Shown here piece by piece: positions 28,272 through 37,886 of a DNA stretch of 64,000 bases. The stretch comes from Chloroflexota bacterium (GTDB lineage Bacteria; Chloroflexota; Limnocylindria; QHBO01). Both the position numbers and the translations under genes were made by a program. The stretch's first letter is position 1; the number at the start of each line of letters is the position of its first letter. The stretch is taken from the NCBI GenBank assembly GCA_003243965.1, contig QHBO01000045.1, positions 38,552 through 102,551 on the forward strand, given 5' to 3'. The notes under the pieces are model-generated. The model ran no database searches and was not told the origin of the DNA. It was given only the letters and a program-made list of their open reading frames with translations.

Positions 28272-28418
28272 GCCTGCCAGACGCCGGGCCAGGCCGCCCG
28301 GTTCCACGCGAGCTACCGTCGGCTGCCACCCTGAAGGAGGGGGAATGCCGCGAATCCGGTTCCTCCCCATCCTGACCGCCGGGCGCCCGTGCGGGCCATT
28401 GGCGATCGCCCTGGCTGC

Positions 28419-29348
28419 CTACGCGGCCGTGGATCGACGCGCCACGGAGGCCAGTGCCCGGATCAGATTCGGATCCGCGTTGAGGGACTCGATCCGACCG
28501 AAGGCGAGCCCACAGCGCTCCGCCTGCGCTCGCGCACCGATGTCGACGTCATACAGCACCTCGAGATGGTCGGCGAGGAACTGGACAGGAGCAACGATCA
28601 CCGATCTGCGTCCGGCGGCCGCCAACTTGGGCATCAGATCCGCGAAGTCCGGCTTCATCCACTCGCCCGGCTCGTGACCGGCGCTCTGCCAGCAGAACTG
28701 CCATTCCTCCTCCGCCAGGCCGGCGCGGGCGGCGACCGCCTCGCCGGTGGTGCGAAGCTGCGCCAGGTAGCCGGGCTCCTGCTCCGCCACGTGCCTGGGA
28801 AGGCTGTGCGCGGTCATCAGCACGGCGGCCGCCTCCCGCTCCTCGGGCGCCATCCGCTCCAAGGCCGACCGAACACGCTCGGCGAGCGCCTCCACGAAGG
28901 CGGGCTCGTCATGCCAGGCACCCGCGATCCTGACCTCCCGCGCGGCGACGCCGAGGGCCTGCGCCGCGTCGGCAAGCGCCCGCGCGTAGCCGCTCATCAG
29001 CAGCGGCGAGTACTGAGGTGACAGGATGATCGCCACCACGGCGCTCGCGTCACGCGCGGCGAGCGCCCGCATGCCGTCGAGGATCGAGGGCTTCGAGAAG
29101 CGCATCCCGACCTCGACCGGCCAGCCCAGATGCGCTTCCAGCGCCGTCGCCTGGGAACGGGTGATCGGGATCAGGGGCGAACCACCGATCGCCCGGTAGC
29201 GACGGGTGAACTCGTCCACCAGCTCGACCCCCGGCTCCCGTCCGCCACGCACCTGGGCCAGGTAAGCGGCCACGTCCCGGCGCTCCAGCGACGCCGGTGA
29301 CCCGTAGGTCATCAGCAGGACGCCGTGCACCGCGTCGCGCTGCGTCAA
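28419..29348 (-). CDS. hemH: ferrochelatase (likely coproporphyrin ferrochelatase, CpfC)
   Basis: 309-aa ferrochelatase fold (LLMTYGSP ... MTAHSLP ... HLEVLYDVD). Last gene of the heme operon. Confidence 0.85.
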   Translation of the reverse strand: MTQRDAVHGVLLMTYGSPASLERRDVAAYLAQVRGGREPGVELVDEFTRRYRAIGGSPLIPITRSQATALEAHLGWPVEVGMRFSKPSILDGMRALAARDASAVVAIILSPQYSPLLMSGYARALADAAQALGVAAREVRIAGAWHDEPAFVEALAERVRSALERMAPEEREAAAVLMTAHSLPRHVAEQEPGYLAQLRTTGEAVAARAGLAEEEWQFCWQSAGHEPGEWMKPDFADLMPKLAAAGRRSVIVAPVQFLADHLEVLYDVDIGARAQAERCGLAFGRIESLNADPNLIRALASVARRSTAA

Positions 29349-30391
29349 ACCTTGCTTCCCGCGGCGACGCCGATTCGGCTGGTCTGCTCGTGAACAAGAT
29401 CGACGAGGCGACGCAGCAGGCCGGGATCGGTGTCCGGCAGCACACCGTGGCCCAGGTTGAAGACGTGCCCCGGGCGGGCGGCCGCCTCCTCCAGCACGGC
29501 GCGTGCACCCTCGGCGGTCGCCTCCCAGCCGGCGAGCAGCCGCGACGCGTCGAGGTTCCCCTGGACGCCGCGGCCGGGACCTATCCGCCGCCAGGCATCG
29601 GCGAGGGAGACGCGATGGTCGATCCCGATCACGTCGCCCCCCGCCTCCGCCATCGCCTCCAGGAGGCCCGCGCTGCTGGTGGCGAAGTGGATGGACGGCA
29701 CACCAACGAGGCTGGCGAAGATGCGCCGCACGTGCGGCTGCACATAGCGCCGGTAATCGTCCGGGCCGAGGCCCCCGACCCAGCTGTCGAAGAGCTGCAC
29801 CGCCTCGGCACCCGCTTCGACCTGGGCGCGGAGGTAGGCGATGACCATCGTCGTCAGCCGCTCCATGAGGTCGTGCCAGGCGCGGGGGTCGCGGTACATG
29901 AATGCCTTGGCGAGCGCGTAGTCGCGCGACGGGCGGCCCTCGATCAGGTAGCAGGCCAGGGTGAACGGCGCGCCGGAAAAGCCGATGACCCCTGCCCGCC
30001 CGTCGAGCTCGCGTCGCACCAGCCGGATGGCGTCGAGGGTGAATCCCACCGCATCGGGCTCGAACGGACGCAGAGCCGCGACGTCTGCCGCCGACCGAAT
30101 CGGCCGCTCGATGATCGGTCCGACCTCCGGCTCGATGCGAAGCGCGACGCCCATCGGCTCCAGCGGCAGCATGATGTCGGCGAACAGGACGGCGGCATCG
30201 ACGCCCAGCTCCCGGACGGGCATCAGCGTCACCCGGGCGCAGAGCTCGGGGGTCTTGGCGAGCTCGAGGATGCCATGTCGCTCACGCAGCGCCCGATAGG
30301 CCGGAAACGTGCGTCCCGCCTGGCGCATGAACCAGACCGGGGTGGCGTCAACCGGCTCCCGCCGGCACGCACGCAGGAACCGATCCGTCAT
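29345..30391 (-). CDS. hemE: uroporphyrinogen decarboxylase
   Basis: Starts MTDRFLRACRREPVDATPVWFMRQAGR. ATGA overlap with the hemL stop. Confidence 0.9.
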   Translation of the reverse strand: MTDRFLRACRREPVDATPVWFMRQAGRTFPAYRALRERHGILELAKTPELCARVTLMPVRELGVDAAVLFADIMLPLEPMGVALRIEPEVGPIIERPIRSAADVAALRPFEPDAVGFTLDAIRLVRRELDGRAGVIGFSGAPFTLACYLIEGRPSRDYALAKAFMYRDPRAWHDLMERLTTMVIAYLRAQVEAGAEAVQLFDSWVGGLGPDDYRRYVQPHVRRIFASLVGVPSIHFATSSAGLLEAMAEAGGDVIGIDHRVSLADAWRRIGPGRGVQGNLDASRLLAGWEATAEGARAVLEEAAARPGHVFNLGHGVLPDTDPGLLRRLVDLVHEQTSRIGVAAGSKV

Positions 30392-31680
30392 GCAGCGAAC
30401 GCGGCGCGGGCCGCCTCGAGCGTGGCGTCGATCTCCACGCCGGTGTGCGCCATCGACAGGAACCACGCCTCGAAGGGCGAGGGCGGCAGCAGAATCCCGC
30501 GGTCGAGCATCGCGCCGAAGAAGCGAGCGTACGCCGCGCGGTCGGACGACAGCGCCTCTGCGGCGTTGTGCGGCACGCTCGGGCGAAAGAAGACGGTGAG
30601 CAGCGACCCGACACGGGCGATCGCGATCTGCCGGTTCGCGCCGGCGGCGGCGGCCTGCAGCCCGAGCTCGAGGTGCTCCGCGGCCACTTCCAACCGACCA
30701 TAGCGCTCCGGGGTCAGAGCGGCCAGCGTGGCGATGCCGGCCGCCATCGAGAGCGGGTGCCCCGACAGCGTCCCGGCCTGGTAGACCGGGCCGGCCGGTG
30801 CCACGAGCTCCATCAGGTCGGCCCGGCCGCCGTAGGCGCCGATCGGCATGCCGCCCCCGATGATCTTGCCGAGCGTCGTCAGGTCGGGGTGGATGCCGAA
30901 ACGGGCCTGGGCGCCACCGGCTCCGAGACGGAAGCCGGTGATCACCTCGTCGAAGAGCAGCAGGGCGCCGGCGGCGCGGCTCGTGTCACGGACATGCTCG
31001 AGGAACCGCGGCTGGGGGGCGATGACGCCCACGTTCGCGGCCACCGGCTCGACGACCACCGCCGCGATCCGCTCGCCGTGCGCCGCGAACGCCGCCGTCA
31101 CCGCTGCCAGGTCGTTGTACGGAAGCACGACGGTGAGTCTCGCGGTTGCGGCGGGCACGCCGGCGCTGCCTGGGATTGCCTGCGTGGCAACGCCGGAGCC
31201 GGCCTCCACCAGCAGCCCGTCGGCGTGGCCGTGGTACGCGCCCGCGAACTTGACGATCATGTCCCGGCCAGTGGCCGCGCGCGCCAGCCGCACGGCGCTC
31301 ATCACCGCCTCGGTCCCCGATGACGTGAAGCGAAGCCGCTCGATCGAGGGCATCGCGCGCCGGATCGCCTCGCCCAGCTCGACCTCGAGCGGGTGGGTGG
31401 CGCCCAATGCGAAACCGTTCCGGGCCGCCCGGCCGACGGCCTCGACCACGTCCGGATGCGCGTGACCGAGCATGCCCGACCCCCATCCGCCGATGTAGTC
31501 GACGTAGCGCCGCCCGTCTGCATCCCAGACGTGCGGCCCTTCGCCACGTTGCAGCACGAGGGGCGCGCGCCCCACCGCGCGAAAGGCACGGACCGGACTG
31601 TTGACGCCGCCCGGAAACAGCGCCTCGGCCCGCGTGGCGAGGTCTGAGCTACGCGTCGTGCGCACGGTCGGGGCCGTCAC
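30388..31680 (-). CDS. hemL: glutamate-1-semialdehyde 2,1-aminomutase
   Basis: 430-aa PLP aminotransferase class III (LFPGGVNSPVRAF ... YIGGWGSGMLGHAHP). Confidence 0.9.
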   Translation of the reverse strand: MTAPTVRTTRSSDLATRAEALFPGGVNSPVRAFRAVGRAPLVLQRGEGPHVWDADGRRYVDYIGGWGSGMLGHAHPDVVEAVGRAARNGFALGATHPLEVELGEAIRRAMPSIERLRFTSSGTEAVMSAVRLARAATGRDMIVKFAGAYHGHADGLLVEAGSGVATQAIPGSAGVPAATARLTVVLPYNDLAAVTAAFAAHGERIAAVVVEPVAANVGVIAPQPRFLEHVRDTSRAAGALLLFDEVITGFRLGAGGAQARFGIHPDLTTLGKIIGGGMPIGAYGGRADLMELVAPAGPVYQAGTLSGHPLSMAAGIATLAALTPERYGRLEVAAEHLELGLQAAAAGANRQIAIARVGSLLTVFFRPSVPHNAAEALSSDRAAYARFFGAMLDRGILLPPSPFEAWFLSMAHTGVEIDATLEAARAAFAA

Positions 31681-32366
31681 GACGCACCCAGGATGCCGAG
31701 GATCTCCTCGACTGGGCGGTGGATGCCGACCAGGATCGGCGTGTCCCCCACCGTCGACCGGCGGCTCTCGGTCGCGCGCAACGCCCGGACGAGGTCGCCG
31801 AAGGCGGCCAGATCATCGGTCTCGTAGGCGACGACGAAGTCCTGGTCGTCGAGCCCGAACGAGTAGGCCAACAGTTGGCGCACCATCGGGTACTCGTGCC
31901 CCACGCGCATGTGCTCGTTCATGACGCCCTGGCGAGCCTCGCGCGGAAGGAGGTACCACTCCGCGCTCTTGGTGAACGGGTAGACGACGAGGTACCGCGA
32001 GCGCTCGCCGGCAAACAGCGACTGCTCCTGGTCGGTCGGCTTCTTCACGTACTGCGACGCGCCGACGCGACCGATGAGCGAGTGACGCACGGTCATCCAG
32101 CGGCCCAGGCCGCTCCGCAGCAGCCGCGCAGCGGCGGTCTCGAGCGCGTCGATGCTCGGCGCCATGCGCCACAGGATCAGGTCGACGCCCGCCTGAAGGC
32201 CGATGGAGGAGTACGTCACGCCGCGCACACCATCGCGCACCGCGTCGGCAACCGCATCGAGGAGCTGCCGGCCGTCAGCCTGCCGAGCCTCGTCGCTCGC
32301 GCGACGCCACGCCGGCTCCACACCGAGCGCCAGCGCCTGGACGTAGATCTGGTCGTCGGCGCTCAT
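31677..32366 (-). CDS. hemQ: coproheme decarboxylase (HemQ/ChdC, chlorite-dismutase family)
   Basis: 229 aa with YLVVYPFTKSAEWYLLPREARQGVMNEHMRVGHEY, a HemQ signature. Confidence 0.8.
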   Translation of the reverse strand: MSADDQIYVQALALGVEPAWRRASDEARQADGRQLLDAVADAVRDGVRGVTYSSIGLQAGVDLILWRMAPSIDALETAAARLLRSGLGRWMTVRHSLIGRVGASQYVKKPTDQEQSLFAGERSRYLVVYPFTKSAEWYLLPREARQGVMNEHMRVGHEYPMVRQLLAYSFGLDDQDFVVAYETDDLAAFGDLVRALRATESRRSTVGDTPILVGIHRPVEEILGILGAS

Positions 32367-33394
32367 CGGTCCTCACGCAGCCAGGTCGCCAGATCCACGG
32401 CGGCGTAGGTGATGACGATCCCAGCACCGGCCCGAACCATCGCCGTCACCGCCTCGGCCATCGCCCCGCGCCGATCGAGCCAGCCGCGCTCCGCGGCCGC
32501 GGCCAACATCGCGTACTCGCCCGAAACCTGGTACGCAGCGATCGGCATCTCGAAGCGCGCGCGTGCCGCGGCGATAAGGTCCAGGCCCGGCAGCGCCGGC
32601 TTGACGAGGAGCAGGTCAGCGCCCTCGGCCGCGTCGAGCGCCATCTCGCGCATCGCCTCCCGGCCATTGGCCGGATCCATTTGATAGCCACGCCGATCGC
32701 CGAACGCCGGTGCACTGCCGGCGGCCTCGCGAAACGGCCCGTAGAACGCCGAGGCGTGCTTGGCGGCGTAGGCCATGATCGCGGTCTCGCCCAGCCGAGC
32801 GGCATCCAGCGCGGCCCGGATCGCGGCCACCTGGCCGTCCATCATGGCGCTCGGAGCCACGATGTCGGCCCCTGCGCGCGCTTGGCTGACCGCGATCTCC
32901 GCCAGTCGCCCCAACGCGGCGTCATTGTCCACCGAGCCGTCGGGGGCCAGGGGGCCGCAGTGCCCGTGGTCCGTGTACTCGCACAGGCAGGTGTCGGCGA
33001 TCGAGACCAGCGGCAGGTCGAGGGCCCGGACGCGGCGCAGCGCGTCCTGCACGGCTCCCCAATCCGAGGATGCCTCCGTCCCGAGTGCGTCCTTCGTATC
33101 CGGCAGACCGAAGAGCAGGATGCCGCCGATCCCGAGCTCGGCGAGGCGAACCGCCTCGCCGGCCGCCACGTCCGGCGAGATGCGGTCCACTCCGGGCAGC
33201 GAGGCGACCGGCTCGCGAACCCCTTTCCCGTGGCGCACGAACAGGGGCGCGACCAGCATCGTGGGGTGGAGGCGGTGCTCGCGCACCAGCGCACGCAGCG
33301 CGGACGTTCGTCGCAGCCGCCGCGGGCGAATGGCGCCGCCGGTCGCAGGCGCGCGAGGCACGGCCGTGGTTGGCAGCTCGAGATCGAGGGTCAT
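32363..33394 (-). CDS. hemB: porphobilinogen synthase (delta-aminolevulinate dehydratase)
   Basis: 343 aa from ATG 33394, with the zinc-site motif DTCLCEYTDHGHCG and the active-site lysine region (LLVKPALPGLD). The longer ORF (to 34039) is read-through of the upstream gene in another frame. Confidence 0.9.
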   Translation of the reverse strand: MTLDLELPTTAVPRAPATGGAIRPRRLRRTSALRALVREHRLHPTMLVAPLFVRHGKGVREPVASLPGVDRISPDVAAGEAVRLAELGIGGILLFGLPDTKDALGTEASSDWGAVQDALRRVRALDLPLVSIADTCLCEYTDHGHCGPLAPDGSVDNDAALGRLAEIAVSQARAGADIVAPSAMMDGQVAAIRAALDAARLGETAIMAYAAKHASAFYGPFREAAGSAPAFGDRRGYQMDPANGREAMREMALDAAEGADLLLVKPALPGLDLIAAARARFEMPIAAYQVSGEYAMLAAAAERGWLDRRGAMAEAVTAMVRAGAGIVITYAAVDLATWLREDR

Positions 33395-35145
33395 CGGTTC
33401 TCCTGTGGCTCTGGGGTGAGGAGGCGGGCCACGGCCTCGGCCAGCGCGCGCGCCTCTGGCACGGGTGAGATGGCGACGGACGAGAACCCTGCGCGCCGGG
33501 CCAGTTCGCCGGTCTGGGGTCCGATACAGATGGCCGGCAGCGAGGTGACGCCCGGCCAATCGCCGCCTGCGAGGCGCAGCAACCCGCGGACGGTCGAGCC
33601 ACTGCTGAACACCACAGCGTCGATCGGCCCCTCGGCCAGCGCGCGCCGCAGCAGCTGCCGGGAGCTCTCCGGCGCTTCCCGGGTCCGGTAGCCGACCACG
33701 TCGTCGACCGCCGCTCCCCGAGCGCGGAGCGCGTCCGCGAGCTGGGCACCGGCCAGGTCGCCGCGCACCAGCAGCACGCGATCTCCCGGTACGATCGGCA
33801 GGGTGGCGCCCATGGCGGCCGCGCTGCTCCAATCCGGCTGATGATCGACTGCGATTCCCGCCCGTTCGAGAGCGGCCCGCGTCGTCGGCCCGATGGCCGC
33901 CCAGCGAGGCGTCGGACGGGGGCGGGACTCCTGAGAGGAGAAGCCTTCGGCGCCTTGAGCGTCGGCGACACGCGCGGCCACGGTGCCGGCGACGACCAGC
34001 ATGGCCCGCGCGCCGTTGGCGCTGGTCACCACCACCCACGAGTAGGTGTCGAGCTGGCGAACCGCCTCGAGGAGCTCACCTTCGGGTGCCTCGAGCTCGA
34101 TGGCGATGGTCGGCACGGCGATGCCGGCCAGGCCGCAGCGGCCCAGCTCGGTGAGGAGCTCCTGCGCCTGATCGGCTCCCCGGGTGACGAGCACGCGGCG
34201 GCACGCGGCGGGCGGCTGCTGTCGGGCGCTCGTCGTCGCCGGGTGTGGCCAGTCGAGCTCCGCCGCGAGGGCCCGGCCGAGCGCCGCGCCGTCAGCCAGC
34301 GGGCCCCGGCGGCGACCGGTGCGCGCGGCCGATCCGTCGGGATGCGCATGGCCGCCGAGCAGCTCGAGCTCTTCGCCGACGACCGTCGCCAGCGCGCCGA
34401 TCGGCGAGCGGCATCCACCGCCGCACGCTGCCAGGAACGCCCGCTCGGACTCGACCGCGACGCGGGTCGGGAGATGATCCAGCTCGCCGACCAGGGCACA
34501 CATCGCCGCGTCGGCTCGGCGGACCTGGACAGCGACGGCGCCCTGACCCGGGGCGGGAGGAAGGAGCGATGGCTCGAGGCGCTCGGCAATCCGACCACCG
34601 AGACCGAGTCGATCGAGGCCAGCACAGGCGAGCACCAGCGCATCGGTCTCGCCCTCGTCGAGGCGCCGCAGCCTGGTGTCGACATTGCCGTGAAGCGGGT
34701 GAAGCTCGAGGTCCGGGCGGTGGGCCCGCAGGAAGCCGGCGCGGCGCGGACTGTCCGTTCCCACCCGGCAGCCCGCCGGGAGGAGGTCGAGCCGTGACGG
34801 GCGGCCGTCGTCCGCAACCAGCGCGTCGCGCACGACCAGCGCGTCGCGAGCGTCGGCGCGCTCGAGGTACGCGCCGATCAGCAGTCGGCGATCCTCGGCG
34901 GTGGGGATGTCCTTCGCCGAGTGGATGGCGACATCGACGCTGCTCTCGATCAGGGCCTGCTCGAGCGCTGCCACGAATGCCCCCTCACCCCAGACCGCGT
35001 CGGGAGCCCCTCGATCGCCGTCGGTCTCGACGATCATCAGCCGGCTCGAGCGCCCGGCGCGGCCGAGGGCGTCGGCCACGAGGCGCGCCTGGGCGAGCGC
35101 GAGTGCACTGCCCCGCGTCCCGATCCGGATCTCGGCCTGGCTCAT
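33391..35145 (-). CDS. hemC: bifunctional hydroxymethylbilane synthase (HemC) / uroporphyrinogen-III synthase (HemD) fusion
   Basis: 584 aa from ATG 35145. The N-terminal half is HemC (IRIGTRGSALALAQ ... dipyrromethane Cys in GGGCRSPIGA). The C-terminal half is HemD (RRVLVTRGADQAQELLTELGRCGLAGIAVPTIAIE...). ATGA overlaps at both ends. Confidence 0.8.
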   Translation of the reverse strand: MSQAEIRIGTRGSALALAQARLVADALGRAGRSSRLMIVETDGDRGAPDAVWGEGAFVAALEQALIESSVDVAIHSAKDIPTAEDRRLLIGAYLERADARDALVVRDALVADDGRPSRLDLLPAGCRVGTDSPRRAGFLRAHRPDLELHPLHGNVDTRLRRLDEGETDALVLACAGLDRLGLGGRIAERLEPSLLPPAPGQGAVAVQVRRADAAMCALVGELDHLPTRVAVESERAFLAACGGGCRSPIGALATVVGEELELLGGHAHPDGSAARTGRRRGPLADGAALGRALAAELDWPHPATTSARQQPPAACRRVLVTRGADQAQELLTELGRCGLAGIAVPTIAIELEAPEGELLEAVRQLDTYSWVVVTSANGARAMLVVAGTVAARVADAQGAEGFSSQESRPRPTPRWAAIGPTTRAALERAGIAVDHQPDWSSAAAMGATLPIVPGDRVLLVRGDLAGAQLADALRARGAAVDDVVGYRTREAPESSRQLLRRALAEGPIDAVVFSSGSTVRGLLRLAGGDWPGVTSLPAICIGPQTGELARRAGFSSVAISPVPEARALAEAVARLLTPEPQENR

Positions 35146-36290
35146 ATCGCGAACAGGTCGCGGGCCGCCTGCTCGGCGCGACCGTCCGCGTCGTGGCCCA
35201 GGCGGTCGAGCGGCTCCCGGAGGAGACGGCCGGCCAGGTGCCTGCTCATCGCCTCGATCGCGACGCGTACCTCCGGATCGAGGTCCGGAAAGCGACGCCA
35301 CAGCGCATCCAGCTCGGCGCTCCGCTGCGACTCCACCCGTTCGGCGAGCGCGGCAGCCGTCGCGCGGCCGCCTCTGCGAGCGAGCCAATCGGTGAACTCG
35401 GAGAGCGTGGCGTCGATCAGCGCGCGCAGCCGTGCGTGCACCGGTTGGCCCCGTTGCGCCTCTGCCACCAGCGCGTCGGCCGACAGGAAGCGGTCCGCGA
35501 GCCGCTCCGCGAGCTCGGCGGGAGCCGCCGGCGGCACCGACAGGTCGACAACCACGGCGCCGCCGGTGACCAAAGCGTCCATCGTCGCCGAGCTGATCAG
35601 CCACGGGCCACGCAGCGCGACGATGACTCCACTAATCCGCGCCGCGTCGCGCCCGGGATCCATTGGCGCCGACTCGACGCCGGCATGCCTCGCCAGCTCG
35701 CCCGCGTGAGCCTCGGTTCGGCTCGATACCGAGACCGATGCGCCCGCGGCGGCGGCGGCGCGCACCGCGAGGCGGCCCATCCCTCCGGCTCCGATGACCA
35801 GTACCCGTCGTTCGCTCAGCGAACCGACGCGCCGCCCAACCGCCGACAGCGCGACATCGGCCAGCGATGCCGGTGGTCCCTGCCGCCACGAGCGGGCCAG
35901 GCGGCCGGAGCGGAGGGCGATGCTGAACAGCCGATCGAGCACCGGGTCGAGCCCGTCAACGCGCTGTGCCTCGGCAACCGAGCTTCGGAGCTGGTGGAGA
36001 AGCTGGTCCTCGCCGAGCACGACGGAGTCGATGCCGACCGCCATCCCGAGGGCATGGCGCACGGCCTGCTCGCCGACCAGAACCCGCGCGCCGGCCGGCA
36101 GCAGTTCCGTCGCGCGATCGCCATGCCATCCGTTCGCGGTGTAGAGCTCCACGCGGTGGCACGTCTCGAGGAGCAGGCTCTCGGGCGGGGCTGTCTCCGC
36201 CAGGAGGCCCGCCAGCCGCTCTCGCTCCGCGACCGCGATGTGGCGCGCATGGCCGACCACGGCCGTGATGCGCGCCGCCTCGATCGTCAC
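35142..36290 (-). CDS. hemA: glutamyl-tRNA reductase
   Basis: 382 aa with the catalytic Cys motif (LLETCHRVELY) and an NADPH Rossmann motif (VLVIGAGGMGRLAV). Confidence 0.85.
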   Translation of the reverse strand: MTIEAARITAVVGHARHIAVAERERLAGLLAETAPPESLLLETCHRVELYTANGWHGDRATELLPAGARVLVGEQAVRHALGMAVGIDSVVLGEDQLLHQLRSSVAEAQRVDGLDPVLDRLFSIALRSGRLARSWRQGPPASLADVALSAVGRRVGSLSERRVLVIGAGGMGRLAVRAAAAAGASVSVSSRTEAHAGELARHAGVESAPMDPGRDAARISGVIVALRGPWLISSATMDALVTGGAVVVDLSVPPAAPAELAERLADRFLSADALVAEAQRGQPVHARLRALIDATLSEFTDWLARRGGRATAAALAERVESQRSAELDALWRRFPDLDPEVRVAIEAMSRHLAGRLLREPLDRLGHDADGRAEQAARDLFAI

Positions 36291-36991
36291 TGCGTAGCCC
36301 GCTGGCGGCCCAGCCGGACCGCCTGGCCGCGGACCGGGCGCCGGCGCCCGTGCACCGATCCGGCATGCCCGCCCATGGTCGCCAGAAGCATCTCGTCCAT
36401 CGCCCGCTCGGCGGCCTCGAGGAGCTCGGTCGTCTCCCGGGTGTCGAATCCCCGCCGCCGGGCGGCGGTGGCGAGCTCATGGTGAAATGGGGCACGGAAT
36501 CGCAGGAAGCCCTCGACCGTCTGGCTCAGGGACAGACCCTCGGCCGCGGCGACCCGCCCGTAGTCGCCGGCATTCAGCGCCGCCTCTCGGAGTTGCCCGG
36601 CGGCCGCCATACCATCGGGCGCGTCAAGATAGCGGAGCAGGCGGGCGGCGAGAACATGGCCGCGCTCGCGAAACCGGGCGCGTTGCTCATCGGTCAGCTC
36701 CAGCACCCAGGCAAGCTCGGACGCGGCCTCGCGTCTGGCCCGACGATAGCTGCGGGTGATGCGCGTCGTCGTCAGGCCGGCGCTTCCGAGCGACGGCCGG
36801 TGCGAACGGTCGGCGGGGAGCAGGCGCTCCAGGCCCTGACGCGAGAATCGGCGATGGCCGCCCGGCGTGGTGAAGACCCGAACCCGACCCGCGTCACCCC
36901 AGCGCCGGAGAGTCGCGGGCGAGACGCCCAGCACACCGCTCGCCTCGGACAGGCGCAGCCAATCGGGATCTCGGGTCGGACGACTGCCCAA
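36287..36991 (-). CDS. MerR/excisionase-type HTH DNA-binding protein with an uncharacterised C-terminal domain
   Basis: N-terminal HTH_17-like segment (LSEASGVLGVSPATLRRWGDAGRVRVFTTPGGHRRF). The stop overlaps the hemA start (ATGA). TTG start at 36991; the start is uncertain. Confidence 0.6.
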   Translation of the reverse strand: MGSRPTRDPDWLRLSEASGVLGVSPATLRRWGDAGRVRVFTTPGGHRRFSRQGLERLLPADRSHRPSLGSAGLTTTRITRSYRRARREAASELAWVLELTDEQRARFRERGHVLAARLLRYLDAPDGMAAAGQLREAALNAGDYGRVAAAEGLSLSQTVEGFLRFRAPFHHELATAARRRGFDTRETTELLEAAERAMDEMLLATMGGHAGSVHGRRRPVRGQAVRLGRQRATQ

Positions 36992-37130
36992 AATCTACCT
37001 ATATCTACCGGAAGGTGATCGACCCGGTCACTATAGCCGGTCCGCCGATCCTCCGGCGTGGGACATTTCGTGGTGCGGCCGGGGCCACGGCGGCCATCGG
37101 CGCATCGGCAAGGCGCAGAGGAGCGATGAC

Positions 37131-37571
37131 ATGCAGGTGACCTTCCAGCGGAGACAGCACCCCCGGGTGGCGGAGCATGCCAAGCAGAGCCCACCAACGA
37201 CCGCGGACGAGCACGCCGGCATCAACGGCAAGATCGCACTGACGCTCACCGGCGTGGTCGGCACCATGTGGTGCGCCTACGCCTTTGCCCTTCTCGCGCT
37301 GCTCGTGCTGCCACAGGCGATCAACGGCGGGTTGCTGACGCTGGTGCAGTGGATCAGCCAGACCTTCATTCAGCTGGTGATGCTGTCGGTCATCATGGTC
37401 GGGCAGAACATCCTTGGCCGGGCCTCCGACAAGCGGGCGGTGATGACCTACGCCGATGCGGAAGCGACCTTCCACGAGGCGGAGCAGATCCAGGCGCACC
37501 TGCAGCAGCAGGACCTCGCCATCAACGCGTTGCTCGAGAAGATCGAGAAGCTGGAGACGTCCGCGCGGTGA
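37131..37571 (+). CDS. DUF1003-like membrane protein
   Basis: Two TM helices then MVGQNILGRASDKRAVMTYADAEATFHEAEQIQAHLQQQDLAINALLEKIEKLE, which matches the DUF1003 pattern QNRQ..D..A..DY...AE.EI..L..KLD.L. AGGAG RBS upstream. Confidence 0.5.
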   Translation: MQVTFQRRQHPRVAEHAKQSPPTTADEHAGINGKIALTLTGVVGTMWCAYAFALLALLVLPQAINGGLLTLVQWISQTFIQLVMLSVIMVGQNILGRASDKRAVMTYADAEATFHEAEQIQAHLQQQDLAINALLEKIEKLETSAR

Positions 37572-37884
37572 GGAGCGCCTCGTCCGCCAGCTGCGGCCAG
37601 CCCGAAGCGGCCTGTAGCGGGACCTGCACCCACGCCTTCATCGGCCGTCCCCTTCCGGACGGGTCGAACAGCGCCGCCCCCGGCAGCCCGAGCGCGTCGG
37701 TATGCGCATCGCCGTCGAGCTTGAAGACCATCGCGTCCCCGAACAGGCCGACGAACGCCTTGCCGCCGATGTAAAGGGTAGGCATCCCCATCATCTGGCC
37801 GCGCGCTGCCCCGTCCGCGACGAGGCGGTCGGCGATCGTGTCGTACGCGCGGCGCGCCGCCTCCGAGACGCTCGGGCGGTCCAC
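37522..37884 (-). CDS. TfoX N-terminal domain-like protein
   Basis: GTG start 5 nt after the upstream stop. TfoX_N-like core (GMPTLYIGGKAFVGLFGDAMVFKL ... GRPMKAWVQVP). The long Arg-rich N-terminal extension in the ORF track was rejected. Confidence 0.5.
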   Translation of the reverse strand: MDRPSVSEAARRAYDTIADRLVADGAARGQMMGMPTLYIGGKAFVGLFGDAMVFKLDGDAHTDALGLPGAALFDPSGRGRPMKAWVQVPLQAASGWPQLADEALLTARTSPASRSSRATR

Positions 37885-37886
37885 CC

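Noticed and set aside
33395-34039. N-terminal ~215-aa extension of the hemB ORF (and similar extensions of hemCD, the Gfo/Idh/MocA gene, the TfoX-like gene and sdhC)
   Set aside because: Arg-rich read-through of upstream genes in alternative frames. Conserved enzyme N-termini and ATGA/GTGA coupling define the real starts.
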